Of a stretch of DNA of 34,270 nucleotides, positions 17,527 to 27,900 are shown one piece after another. Origin of the DNA: Oligoflexia bacterium (GTDB lineage: Bacteria; Bdellovibrionota; UBA1018); assembly GCA_043732485.1 (NCBI GenBank), contig JAYTHP010000105.1, positions 1-34,270 of the forward strand, read 5' to 3'. A program made the position numbers and the translations under genes. The notes under the pieces are model-generated. The model did no database searches and was not told the origin of the DNA. It saw only the letters and a program-made list of their open reading frames with translations. Position 1 is the stretch's first letter, and each line of letters opens with the position of its first letter.

Positions 17527-18462
17527 CGCCAGGCCGGCCCAGCTTTGCAACTCCCGCAAGCGCAGCGGTCCGATGGTGCCGGTAGGATCCAAGGTGGTGA
17601 GGCCCCAGGAGAAGCGTTGATCGATTTGTGCGGAAATCACCTCGGTTAACTGAAACGAGGCCTGGATGCTCGCTTGCAAGCCAAAATCATCACGGGGCCA
17701 AGCAAGCTCTTGGAAGCTGCTTTCCTGGACATTCCCTCTTGAGTCAAGCGACGACACCGCAACGCCTGCCAGGAAATGATTCCAATAGCCCCCAAGACCC
17801 ACCGAGAAATAGGGCGGAAAGGCATAGCGCAGCAGCAACGGCACCTGCAGCGAGCGCCACGAGGCAAGGGTTGTCGCAGCAACCCGGCTGGTCTGCCGCC
17901 AATCATGGTTCAGGTAAACCACCGCCAACTCTGCGCTTAAGCCTGGCAGCGGCAGCGGATGACTCAGGCTAAAGCCCAAGCCTCTCGGGGGCAAGTCTGC
18001 AAGCTCCAGCCGGCTGGTTTGTCTGGAGGAGGTGAGCTGTAAGCCAGACCAGGAGAAGACCCCAAATTCCCGCAGCACCCAGCCGGCGTCAAACGCCAAG
18101 GGGGGCGGCGTGGCCAAGGTCGCAAGAGCAGATGGCTGCTGCTGCAGCTCAAGCGCTAAGCCGTCTTGCGAACTGAGCGCGATAAGCCAGCTCAGCAGGA
18201 AGGTGACGAGCCAGGGAAAGCGGAGGGTGATCCGCGCGAGCGCGGAGCAGCACGATCGCCAGAGGAAAGGACCCTGAAAAAGCGTTTGGGCCGGCAAGCA
18301 GGGTGCAGCGGCGGGTCGTCCTCGGGGTTGTCGCCGGGTGGAGTCTGGGCGCGACGAAGGGTCAAAGGGCCAGTCAGACGAAAGATGAAAAAAAGGATGG
18401 GTGGGCATAGAGAGTGTGTGTCGGTGGACTTTTTTTTCCGAAAAAGAGTTTAAATTCAGCAA
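17515..18462 (-). CDS. Outer-membrane beta-barrel protein (start uncertain, probably downstream of 18462)
   Basis: Hydrophobic signal-like segment (WLVTFLLSWLIALSSQDGLA); LQVPLLLRY, SVGLGGYW, DFGLQA and RFSWGL strands. Confidence 0.6.
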   Translation of the reverse strand: MLNLNSFSEKKVHRHTLSMPTHPFFHLSSDWPFDPSSRPDSTRRQPRGRPAAAPCLPAQTLFQGPFLWRSCCSALARITLRFPWLVTFLLSWLIALSSQDGLALELQQQPSALATLATPPPLAFDAGWVLREFGVFSWSGLQLTSSRQTSRLELADLPPRGLGFSLSHPLPLPGLSAELAVVYLNHDWRQTSRVAATTLASWRSLQVPLLLRYAFPPYFSVGLGGYWNHFLAGVAVSSLDSRGNVQESSFQELAWPRDDFGLQASIQASFQLTEVISAQIDQRFSWGLTTLDPTGTIGPLRLRELQSWAGLALAL

Positions 18463-18695
18463 AAAGGCCCTAAAAAGCGCTCAATTCCTCCCCTTCCCTT
18501 ACTTGCTTGAGGTCCTTTTAGGGGGGGGCGTGTGCCTAGTGGTTGTCGGCGGTTTGCCACCCCTTTGCTGCAGTCTCTCTTTTTTTGCTGCCGTTTGCAA
18601 CGCCCGCGTGAGAGAGCGGAGGGGGGGCGAGTAATCGGTCGTTGACTTTTTTGGGTGGAAATGATTTACCCTTAGGCCTTCCATTTTAAAAAATT

Positions 18696-19316
18696 ATGTT
18701 GATTCTTTTACTTACAGCCGCGCTCATTGGTTTCATTCATTCGTTAGCTCACGGCTTGCCGGTGGTGCTGATTGCTCGGACGCAAAAGTGGTCCTTGCGC
18801 CAGGCCGTACTGGGCGCTTGGGTCACAGCGAGCGGGCATATCCTCATGTCGCTGATGGTGGCGCTTGGGTCTCATTGGCTGGGCGGGCGGTTCATTAAGC
18901 AGTATCAAGTGCCCCTTGAGCAGGGCACAGGCCTTCTTTTAGGGATTTTTGGCCTAGTTTATGCTTTTTTAGCCTTTCGGCAAAAGCGTTTGTGCCATCA
19001 CGATAGCCACGCCCACTTACCGCCAGGGTTACAAAACTCGAAAATGGCCCCCCTGCAAGTGCTCTTTATTCTCGGTTTTACCCCCTGTTTTGGGGTCTTG
19101 CCAGTCTTTGCCATGGGTATTTCGCAGGGAAACTGGGGGCTTTTGAGTCTGCTGGTCGCCTTTTCGCTGGGGGTGGTCACTTCCTTAACCCTGCTGACGA
19201 GTTTGCTGTCCTTAGGCCTGTTGCGCTGGCATCATGATTATTTTGAGCATTACGGCGAAGTGATCTCCGGATTTGGGGTGTTTTTAATGGGAATTGTCTT
19301 ATGCTTGCACGCGTAG
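18696..19316 (+). CDS. Ni/Co transporter-like (RcnA/DsbD_2 superfamily) membrane protein
   Basis: About 6 TMs, GFIHSLAH.LP, SGHILMS, His-rich loop CHHDSHAH, FTPC and EHYGEVISG. Confidence 0.65.
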   Translation: MLILLLTAALIGFIHSLAHGLPVVLIARTQKWSLRQAVLGAWVTASGHILMSLMVALGSHWLGGRFIKQYQVPLEQGTGLLLGIFGLVYAFLAFRQKRLCHHDSHAHLPPGLQNSKMAPLQVLFILGFTPCFGVLPVFAMGISQGNWGLLSLLVAFSLGVVTSLTLLTSLLSLGLLRWHHDYFEHYGEVISGFGVFLMGIVLCLHA

Positions 19317-19512
19317 GTCACTCTAGGGTACCTTTGCAGCAAGAAGACCAGCGGGTCAAAAAAGCCCAAATCCGCTGGGAAAAAACAGAGAGTTGCACCC
19401 GCCGCCCCGCGTGATTGACGAACCCTTGCACATCACACACGCACGTTCTTTTCGTCTTTGTTGCTTCTCTTAGTGCTTTTGATCGGATTTTCAAAAAAGG
19501 AACCCTAGAACC

Positions 19513-19860
19513 ATGCCGCTTTACGAGTATCAGTGTTTGCAGTGTGAACAAGTCTTTGAAATGATGCAGAAATTCTCTGATGATCCAGTCACGCAGTGTC
19601 CTCAGTGCTCTGGCAGCGTGAAGAAGCTGATTAGCAAGACTTCGTTTTCACTCAAAGGCTCAGGCTGGTACGTCTCTGATTACAAGCGCGCCCCGCAAGC
19701 CGCAACACCCCCCGCGTCGCCTGGCTCCCCAAGCCCAGTCACTCCGGGATCCGGAGCCGCTGCTGCTGCTACTCCCGCTTCAAGTTCCTCAGGCTCTACA
19801 AGCGAGCCTAAAACGCAAGGTGCCAGCCCTGCTGCTGCCAGTGCGGCTCAGAGCAAATAA
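19513..19860 (+). CDS. FmdB-family zinc-ribbon protein
   Basis: [13 protein letters not shown] and [13 protein letters not shown], followed by a S/P/A-rich tail. Confidence 0.92.
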   Translation: MPLYEYQCLQCEQVFEMMQKFSDDPVTQCPQCSGSVKKLISKTSFSLKGSGWYVSDYKRAPQAATPPASPGSPSPVTPGSGAAAAATPASSSSGSTSEPKTQGASPAAASAAQSK

Positions 19861-19887
19861 GTCAGCCAACCAATCAACGATTGATGA

Positions 19888-20259
19888 CTAGCTGAGTTTG
19901 CGCCCAAGTTGCTGACACAACTGAAACAGTCGATCAAAGTGATACATGCCGGTTTGATGTCGATCGCTCCAGGTGATGTGAATGGCATACCGGCCGATCA
20001 GCTCCACCCGGGTAGCGCGAATATCTGCCGGCAGGGCGGACTTTTTAACAGTTCGCTGTCCGGTATTTTCATCAACACAGCTGGCGCACGGGCAATGGAA
20101 GCGCAACTCGAGGTAAGAAAGCGAATAGCTCTCTCCCTGGTTCCAAGCCACAAAAAGCTCAATGGGACTTAAGGGATGAATCTGGGTGGGTTGCAGCTTG
20201 GCGGGGGAGGGCTGAGGGGGCGGGGTGGGATCGTCGGTGGTGGGGCTAGGGTTCATCAT
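19888..20259 (-). CDS. DUF971 / gamma-butyrobetaine hydroxylase N-terminal-like protein
   Basis: LRFHCPCASC, IGRYAIHITWSDRH.TGMY. Start taken at MMNP (20259). Confidence 0.88.
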   Translation of the reverse strand: MMNPSPTTDDPTPPPQPSPAKLQPTQIHPLSPIELFVAWNQGESYSLSYLELRFHCPCASCVDENTGQRTVKKSALPADIRATRVELIGRYAIHITWSDRHQTGMYHFDRLFQLCQQLGRKLS

Positions 20260-20390
20260 ATTGAGGCGTCCAGTTCCTTTCGTTGCAAGCGGAGAAAAGC
20301 CAGTTGCGCTCTGTGACTCGCCCATTCTAAGGTAAAACAAGCAAGTGTGAGGCAAAAGCCGGAATGAGGGGGAGAAAAGTTTTTCTTAAC

Positions 20391-20420
20391 TTGTCTTTTC
20401 CTTCAGGGATGTTTTAACCT
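20391..20420 (+). promoter_or_regulatory. Possible sigma70 promoter of the mlaE operon
   Basis: TTGTCT-N18-TAACCT just upstream of mlaE. Confidence 0.35.
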
Positions 20421-20445
20421 GACAGGCGTGAAGGGATCAATCAGA

Positions 20446-21228
20446 ATGACCAGTCGATTCAAAGAAAGAATAGAAGAGGTGGGAGATTTTTTCCTTTTCT
20501 TGGGATCAAGCCTCCTTGCCTTGCGTTTTTTGTGGTCCAGGAAGCAGCTTTTTTTCAAACAGTGTGAGATTATCGGTTACCATTCCTTGGGAATTAACCT
20601 GGCTGCAGGACTTTTTATGGGGGGAGTGTTAGGCTTTCAGTTGTATACCTCGTTGCATCGCTTTGGGGCTGAGGGCTTGATTGGTAGCACGATGAGCGTC
20701 AGCTTGTTTCGCGAGCTGGGACCAGTGATGGCGGCGATGATGGTGACGGGCCGCGCGGGAGCTGCAATGGCCGCTGAGATTTCCAGTATGAAACTCTCCG
20801 AGCAGGTGGATGCTTTGGAGGTGATGGCGGTCGATCCCTTTCAGGTGTTAGTGGCGCCACGGATTGCGGCAGGGGTGTTAGTCATGCCCATTTTGGCGCT
20901 GGTGTTTATCGGTGTGGCTTCGTATGCCGGTTGTCTGATTGCATGTAACGTCATGGGCTTGCAGGCGCCGGTTTACTGGGAGCAGTATTTTCGGCGGTTG
21001 GATAATGTAGATTTGCTGCATTGGTGGGTGAAATCCACTGCCTTCGGGTTGCTGATCAGTTGGGTGGGGTGTTTTTGTGGTTTTCGCGCTTTTGGCGGAG
21101 CCCGGGCGGTGGGAAAAGCTGCCCAAGACACGGTGGTGATCACGTTTTTGCTCATTTTATTTTGTGATTTTCTTTTGACTTCCCTGTTGCCTTTGGGATT
21201 TAAGACTTTGAAAGTGATGCCTTTATGA
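20446..21228 (+). CDS. mlaE: MlaE-family ABC permease
   Basis: RELGPVMAAMMVTGRAGAAMAAEI, EQVDALEVMAVDP, VAPRI and GGARAVGKA motifs. Confidence 0.93.
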   Translation: MTSRFKERIEEVGDFFLFLGSSLLALRFLWSRKQLFFKQCEIIGYHSLGINLAAGLFMGGVLGFQLYTSLHRFGAEGLIGSTMSVSLFRELGPVMAAMMVTGRAGAAMAAEISSMKLSEQVDALEVMAVDPFQVLVAPRIAAGVLVMPILALVFIGVASYAGCLIACNVMGLQAPVYWEQYFRRLDNVDLLHWWVKSTAFGLLISWVGCFCGFRAFGGARAVGKAAQDTVVITFLLILFCDFLLTSLLPLGFKTLKVMPL

Positions 21229-22796
21229 ACGCTTTTTCGCAATCTGCGCCGGTGACTCGTTTTCGGGTAGGGCTTTTTGCTCTGCTGGGAGTGATGCTCA
21301 TGATGGGTATGGCGATCATGATTAACGGTCGTCCCAGTTGGTGGCGCGGCTGTAATCTAGTGACCGTGCACGTCAAGGACGCCACGGGCTTAAAATCCAA
21401 TTCCTCGGTGCGCTCGCTGGGGATTGACATTGGGTACTTGCGCTTTGTGGAGCTCGATGAAACACAGGTCACCTTAGGGCTGTGTCTGGTCTCACCGGTG
21501 GAAGTTTTGCCAGAGACGCGGGCTTACATTCGCGGTGAAGGGTTTTTAGGCGATAAGTTCATTGAATTGAAGCCGATCCGCTATTTATCGCCCATCTCAA
21601 GTAATTCTGGCTTGGGGGGCTTTTTGCTTCGTGAGGCTGCGGCAGAGGAGTCTGAAGGGATCAGGAGGAGGGCGGATGGCAGTCAAGGCGTCGACTCAGA
21701 AGGTGCCCCGGAGCAGGCTAAAGAGGCCTTGCGGAGTGAGCATCTGCGTCAAGGCCTGAAAAAGCGGTTTTCTTCTGAGGCGAAAGCGGCTGAGGCGCCT
21801 GCGGTGCATCACAAGCGAACCACCCCTGAGTCGAGTGAAATTTTAGTAGGCCAAGAGTCGGAGGACATGCAGCGGGTGGTATCGCGGGTCGATCACTTGG
21901 TGAAGGAAATGTCGGGGCTGACGGAGAATCTTAAAAATACCTTAAATCCCGTCGATATGAAGGAAACGCTGCGGCAGATTAACCAAACTTTGGAAAACGC
22001 CTCAAAAACGCTCTCACCCAAAGGGGGGCTAACGGTCACGGCGCAACGGACGCTGGGGAAATTAGAAGAAGGCATTGATCAGCTGCGGGAAATGTTAACG
22101 CGGATTAATCACGGTGAGGGGTCTTTGGGTAAGCTAGTGAATGACCCACGCTACGCTGAAGAAATTTATTTAGCCTTAAAAAACATTAATAAGCTACTGA
22201 ACCGGGTGGCAGACGTGCGCTTTCATCTCGATTTAGGGGGCGTGTTTCTCTCAGGGTATTCCGGCGGGCGAGGTTGGCTGAATTTAAGCGTGTGGCCGCG
22301 CAAGGATCGTTACTATATGTTTGGAATTTCGATGGATCCGCGCGGGCGCTTAGCCAGGCAAGTGATCACCACCACTTCCGGTGGGGTGAGCACTTCAACC
22401 ACCGTGCAGGTGGAAGATCAAACCAGTTTGCTGCTGACGGGGATGCTGGGCAAAACTTTTTTTGGTCAGCGCTTGGATCTCTCCGCGGGGGTGCGTTATG
22501 GCGATGGCACCGTGTCGATTTTAGGCAATCTGGGGCCTGAGGGACAAGAGGAGCAACTGGCGGTACGTTCTGATTTCTATTTTCGGGGGGCCAATCCGAC
22601 GTTGCAAAGTGGCGGCGGGCTTGATCTGCGACTTTCGGTGACTTATCAGCCGCTGGAGGGCACTTTGCATGCGGTGACCGTGATGGGTGGCTTGGAGTCG
22701 CTGCGGGTGATCCCGGGGCAGGGATTGTCTTTTTTTGCGGGAGCGGGCCTGACCTTTGATGACGATGATATTAAGCTGCTTTTTTCGCTGAAATAA
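21225..22796 (+). CDS. mlaD: MlaD/MCE protein with a long helical region and a C-terminal beta-rich domain
   Basis: TM, MCE motifs (DATGL...S.V...GIDIGY; GFLGDKFIEL), GEGSLGKLVND, C-terminal amphipathic strands ending FFAGAGLTFDDDDIKLLF. ATGA overlap with mlaE. Confidence 0.9.
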   Translation: MNAFSQSAPVTRFRVGLFALLGVMLMMGMAIMINGRPSWWRGCNLVTVHVKDATGLKSNSSVRSLGIDIGYLRFVELDETQVTLGLCLVSPVEVLPETRAYIRGEGFLGDKFIELKPIRYLSPISSNSGLGGFLLREAAAEESEGIRRRADGSQGVDSEGAPEQAKEALRSEHLRQGLKKRFSSEAKAAEAPAVHHKRTTPESSEILVGQESEDMQRVVSRVDHLVKEMSGLTENLKNTLNPVDMKETLRQINQTLENASKTLSPKGGLTVTAQRTLGKLEEGIDQLREMLTRINHGEGSLGKLVNDPRYAEEIYLALKNINKLLNRVADVRFHLDLGGVFLSGYSGGRGWLNLSVWPRKDRYYMFGISMDPRGRLARQVITTTSGGVSTSTTVQVEDQTSLLLTGMLGKTFFGQRLDLSAGVRYGDGTVSILGNLGPEGQEEQLAVRSDFYFRGANPTLQSGGGLDLRLSVTYQPLEGTLHAVTVMGGLESLRVIPGQGLSFFAGAGLTFDDDDIKLLFSLK

Positions 22797-22832
22797 CCTG
22801 CAAATCCCAGTTTTCTCAAGTATCCTAAAAGA

Positions 22833-24320
22833 GTGATGAGAGATCAGCAGCAGCAGCAAGAAGAAGTACAGCAGCGGCAGCGGGAGAAGGCTTCTTTTTT
22901 TGCCAAGCAAGGCCGCAAAGCCCAGCAAAAGCCTTTAGGGCGCCTATTGCTGGGGGCGTTGCTGGTGTGGGTGCCGCGAACCCTTGTTTTCGCCGCGCAA
23001 AGCGATCAGATCCAGTTACAGGCCTTAGGCGGTAGCAATCAGGTGGTGATGCAGTCGTTCACCGTGCTGCGGCATTTTTCGTTTAAGGCTAAGGGACAAG
23101 CAAGTTTAGATTTGTCGGGAATGCCTGCTGACGAGTCCTCGGATGAGTCGGAGACCACCCGCTCGCCGTTATCCTGGATGGTGGGAATGGCCTATACCGG
23201 CAGCAGATCCAGTCAGTGGGGATCCTACGCCGCCTCGCCCTTACCTAATGCCGTGCTTGATAACACTTTTTCTGGGGCAACGGGGTTACTGTTGGAAGTC
23301 GGTCAGGCGTTTCATGTGGGAGCCTTGATTGGCCTGGATTATGGTTATAATGAGTCTTATACCCACGGCAAAGGATTGCTGGAGTTAGGCTATACTTGGA
23401 GTTTCCATCGCTTAGAGCATCCGGGGGAGGCTTCCGAGCCTGAGAAGGACCCGACTGATTTAGCGGGGTCGGATTACGATGCTCATGACGCCGTCCAGTT
23501 CTATCACCAAGATTACCTGGAGAGGATGAAGAAGCTGCAACGGGAGCTCGGCCAAGCCCGCTTAAAGCTCGCAGAAAATGCCGCTGATGAGTCCTCCACT
23601 GAATCCTCAGCCGCACCACCCCACCAGCTCTCGGCGAAAGAAATCGCGGCCGCCACTGACCTTGATAACCCTGACGCCCCCAAAATTGCCCCTCCTGCTG
23701 CCCCTTACTTGCTGATCACCGCAGACGGTAAAGGCGATCTTTTCCCCGCTTTGAGTATCAATTACCGCTTAGCCATCCACGGCCACAAAACTGACCTCAA
23801 ATTCTTCAGAAACCCGGTGACTGACCCTGCAAGCTACTATCGCACCTTAGACGGTATTTACAACACGCAAAGCCTAGTGCAGTTTTCCCAAGAGCTGGAG
23901 CTCAGCTACGCGCCTAGTTCTGTCTTCGGTCTGGCGCTCCTTGCCTCCTTGACGAGTGCGACAATTAACCTCGATGTCTTTTTGGCGGGGATCGAATCGA
24001 GCCAAGGGAGTCGACTCCCTCTCACCTATGCCGGTTCAGGATTTCTTGGGCAATTTAATAACTCTTTTTTAAGTTTTCCGAGCTCCTCATTCACCTTGAC
24101 TGGCACCTGGAAGGTGAGTGAGCAGAACCAATTGGCCTTGGTGCTCAATGAGACGAACTATCAAGCCACAGGCATCAGTCCGACTGCGGCCGTCAATCCT
24201 ATTTTTACCCACTCCTTTAGTCCCTCGTGGGTGTTGGATGTGAATGCGAATGCCGTGATGAGCTTGAGCGGGGTGTTGAGCAACGTCTCAGGGGGGATTG
24301 TTTTGCGGCGGATGCTCTAG
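22833..24320 (+). CDS. Hypothetical exported protein, probable beta-barrel OMP with a large internal insertion
   Basis: Signal-like LLLGALLVWVPRTLVFA. Beta-strand-like segments at both ends flank an acidic, coiled-coil and Pro-rich insert. Confidence 0.55.
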   Translation: MMRDQQQQQEEVQQRQREKASFFAKQGRKAQQKPLGRLLLGALLVWVPRTLVFAAQSDQIQLQALGGSNQVVMQSFTVLRHFSFKAKGQASLDLSGMPADESSDESETTRSPLSWMVGMAYTGSRSSQWGSYAASPLPNAVLDNTFSGATGLLLEVGQAFHVGALIGLDYGYNESYTHGKGLLELGYTWSFHRLEHPGEASEPEKDPTDLAGSDYDAHDAVQFYHQDYLERMKKLQRELGQARLKLAENAADESSTESSAAPPHQLSAKEIAAATDLDNPDAPKIAPPAAPYLLITADGKGDLFPALSINYRLAIHGHKTDLKFFRNPVTDPASYYRTLDGIYNTQSLVQFSQELELSYAPSSVFGLALLASLTSATINLDVFLAGIESSQGSRLPLTYAGSGFLGQFNNSFLSFPSSSFTLTGTWKVSEQNQLALVLNETNYQATGISPTAAVNPIFTHSFSPSWVLDVNANAVMSLSGVLSNVSGGIVLRRML

Positions 24321-24383
24321 GCTTGTGGAGCAGGCGGTGGTGACGCCGTTCATAGGATGGCTGCTCGCTCTGCAAGGCTTCGT

Positions 24384-24868
24384 CTTTTTTTTGGAGAACC
24401 AGCGAGGCTGAGGCTTCAGTAAGGGACCGGTTTTTACGCTTCAGCTCTTGCTCGAGATGCTGGATCACAGTATCACGTGGGTCCTTCTTTGGTCAAAGAG
24501 GGCTGATTCGTAGCTCCGCTCAGGGCTTTAAGCACTTCCTGACGCCAGTTTGCTAGCATGGTGTTGTGGAGGCCTATTTTCCGGAGATAAACACTCAGCT
24601 CTTCGCCCTTTAAATAGCAGGTTTCGTTGACTGCGCGTAATTGTTCTTCTGGTGACCAGTTTATTTGTTGTTTTGTGTCCGTTGGTTTAAGGATGACATG
24701 CTTTTGCAGCCAGTCGTACACGGTCGAAATAGCTGCATTTTCTTATTCGCAAGTCATTGATAGGGTTTGATTTTGACGATTTAGAACCTTGAGAGTTGCT
24801 CGCCTTTTGCTCCTATTGATCCCCTGTTTTTGATGACCGCAATGCGACAACTATCCTGACACAGGGGG
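24384..24868 (-). mobile_element. IS3-family remnant: left end plus frameshifted orfA, truncated at the A8G slippery site
   Basis: 24797-24868 matches 1155-1226. orfA pieces (YDWL, WSPEEQL, YLRKIGLH, LEQELKRKNRSLTEASASLVLQKK) lie in different frames and the start ATG has become AGG. Confidence 0.88.
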
Positions 24869-24903
24869 TCCCCAGGGTGAGCGAAAAAAGCGTGTCACTC
24901 CTT

Positions 24904-27900
24904 TTAAGGGGAGTCGCGCAGCAGCTTCTTGAGGAGTAGCCCTAAAGAGAGGTAGGCTTTTTTCACCGGGTAGAAGTTCACATGAGTGGGGTGACCTAAA
25001 ATCCAAGCCGACTCGAGGTGACTTTGAACGCCCGCAGGTAACGGTAAGGCGGTTGGGCCCTCTGCGGCCTCCAAGGGCGTTGTGCTTCTCGCCGCTTCGC
25101 TCCCACTGCCGTCATCACGGGAGGTCGGCAGCTCATTTCCGGAAAGCGGAGCAGGACTCAGGGCTTCACTCGTCAGATAGGGAAGGGGGTGAAGGATTGG
25201 CTGCTGCTGCGCTGCCCTTTCTGCGGGCTCGCCAGCGAGGAATGGGAGGGTGGCCGGGGAGTAGTAGGGGGGTAGGTGGGTTGCGGGCGGCGAGGGTGAA
25301 GGGAGGGTGAGGATAACCTGAGAGGACGCGATTTCGCGGGTAGACGCAGGGGTCTCAGTGGTGGTTGCGGTGGAGGTGAGGTCGATTTGCCGCCAAGCGT
25401 GATGATTGTCCTTGAGCTGCGAGAGGCTCGGGGTGATTTTCATCCAGGCGTCAGGATAGGTTTTAAGATAGTGGAGGAGCGGGTGCTGTTGCGAGGGGAT
25501 CACTTGCGCGGGGTGATACTGTTTCCAGTGGTCCAGCAACGGAAAGAGGCTTTCCTTTTGCTGCTCCATCACGTCGTGCAGGGCCACGACGAAGCTATGG
25601 GCGTGATCCGTGGTCCGGGGAGCTTGGAAGACGTAAAGATCCTGGGCTGGCCTGCCTGCGCTTGAAGTTGCGATCGTCTCGTTTTTGTCGTCGTCGTCGT
25701 CAGTGCTAGTGTCGTCAGTGCTAGTGTCGTCAGTGCTGGGTGCGAGTTGCTTGATCACCGCACGCAGCCAGGGGGCTTCGTCGCTGCCGCCGCGGGCATC
25801 GGATAAGACCAGCTGCGGCCTCCCTGCTGCAGAATAACCCCCCAACACGCTCGTCAAATGATGATCCTCGTGCACCACGATCCAAGCGGCCTCCTCCTCC
25901 CCCGCTTTGTCGCGCCAAGCTGCAAGCGCGGACGGGAGTTCGCTGAGGCTTAGCACCGAGACGGGGATGCGATTGGGTGCGGGTGGTTCATCCGGGAAGA
26001 GCGTGGCTTGGGTGAGCTCGGGTAACAGGGCTTTCAGTCCAAGAGCGCTTGGGAGCGGGCGTGAGTGGGCGGGATGAAAATAATTCGGTAAATGCAGCTC
26101 CGGCAACAGTACCTCAGTCATTTTGAGGAATTGCTGAAACTTCAGGGTAAAGCGCTGGTCAGCGGCCGAGAGTCTGGTTTGGAAGGACTCCAAGTAGGCC
26201 AGGATTTTTTCCTTCTTGCTGGCGTGGCTGAGCTGGGCGATTTGCTTGTGGGCGAGCTTGGGATCTAAGGCGTGCAGCCGCATCAACGTTTCCATTTCAT
26301 GGGTGGCTGCGATCACCTGGGGGTGGGAGACCTTCTTTTGCAGCCGTCTGGGCAGTTTTAAGGTTTCCGTGATCTGGTAAAGCAAGCTGGCTTCTGACAC
26401 GTTTAAGGCGTAGCGGGCTAAAAAGTCGCGAATCGCTTGTTTTTCAGTTTTGAGCTCGGGATTGGCATCAGTGAGCCTACTCTCTGGGATCGCAAGACCC
26501 AGGGATTCCAGGTGCTGGGTGTTTTCAATCTCCCAGGGCCAGAGTTTAAAGCCGCGAATGAAATAGACCTGCGATTCGATGAGTTCACTGCTGGTGGCAC
26601 CTCCGGATTTGGAGATAAAGAGGTCAGAAGCGCGGTAAAGGTGCGGCATCTCTTCCTGGTAGGAAAGCCGATCGAGGATCTTGGCGGTAATCGGCGGTGA
26701 GGTGCCAGGGCCTTGCTTAGGCGAGAGATCCGTCAGCGGGATGCCGGCTCGGGTGAGCAGCTGGCTAATCCGTTGCTTCACTTCCGCATTGCCGGCTGAG
26801 AGAATGGCAAGCTCAACGGGATGCTCAAGCTTGGGCTGCAGTTTCAGGATTTTCTCAATCAGCTGGGTAATTTCGTTGGTTGACGCCTCACCGCCGTAAG
26901 CCAGCGCTAGGACCTTGCGCTTCAAATCAAGACTAAGCCCCAAGGCCTTACGACTAGCGAGGATCTCCTCTTGATTTTCAGGCGGTCGGATCTGGGGTGC
27001 GACGGGAAACGGGAGGTAATGGAAAACTCCCAAGGATTCTAGGACCGAGTGAAAGATTTCTTCTTGCTGGGCGGTAAAAAACTTGTCCCAGATCATCCGG
27101 GTGCGGGTGCCTGGGATCTTAGCATCCCAGTGTTGGCTGATGTATTTCTCAAACAGCGGGCGAAAGAAGTTGGAATGAACCGCGGGGATGGAATAGTGCA
27201 CGAGCTCCGGATCTAAGTGGTTGAGGTGGAACCACTGTGAGTGGGGAAACTCATAATCGGTGATGATAATGTTGAGCGGGATCTGAAAGAAATAGGCAAG
27301 CGAGGTCACCCCCTCGATGTGATGAATGGTCGAGATCAATTGGTGGGGGGCGGCTTTTTGAGTGATTTCCGCTAGTTCCTGAAAATGAGTGTTCGGGATG
27401 TATTCCCCCAGCTTCAGGTTTAAAATATTAATCAAGGTGGCTTTGCGCTTGTTGCCCTCTTGGTAGGTAAAATGGGTGAAGGTCTGGCAACTGCGGTAAA
27501 GTCCGCCCGTGGCAATGGAGAGCGGATCGCTCAGATCGAGGCATTCATTGACGGTCTGGGTCACCACTTGAGGGTCTTTTTGCAGCAAGTGGTTGATGGT
27601 GGAGGCAGCGCTTTGATGACCGCTACCGTAACTGCCGGTAATGATGAGCACTTTATGGCGCTCTTCATGAGTTTCTTGCGCATTTGCTTGTGGCTGAGCG
27701 GGGGGGTGCACCACCGGCTGAAAGGCTGCTTGTAACTCTGCTAAAAAGGCATCAAACGGTGCTTCCCACTTTTCTCCGTTAAAAAACGGGCTTAATTCCT
27801 GATACAATCCCATGCGCCAGCGCAAATACTGCGGCTCGTGGCTCAAGTAGTAATGATAACGAAACAAAAACCAGATTAAGAACTGATTGAGCTCAATGTG

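Noticed and set aside
18543..18567. Third sigma28-like promoter before the OMP gene (GCCGACAA on -)
   Set aside because: The best -35 (CAAAGGGG) is only 9 nt away instead of 11.
1155..24868. Composite transposon bounded by the two IS3 copies
   Set aside because: Both copies are decayed and divergent in coding sequence, and the enclosed genes are ordinary housekeeping genes.
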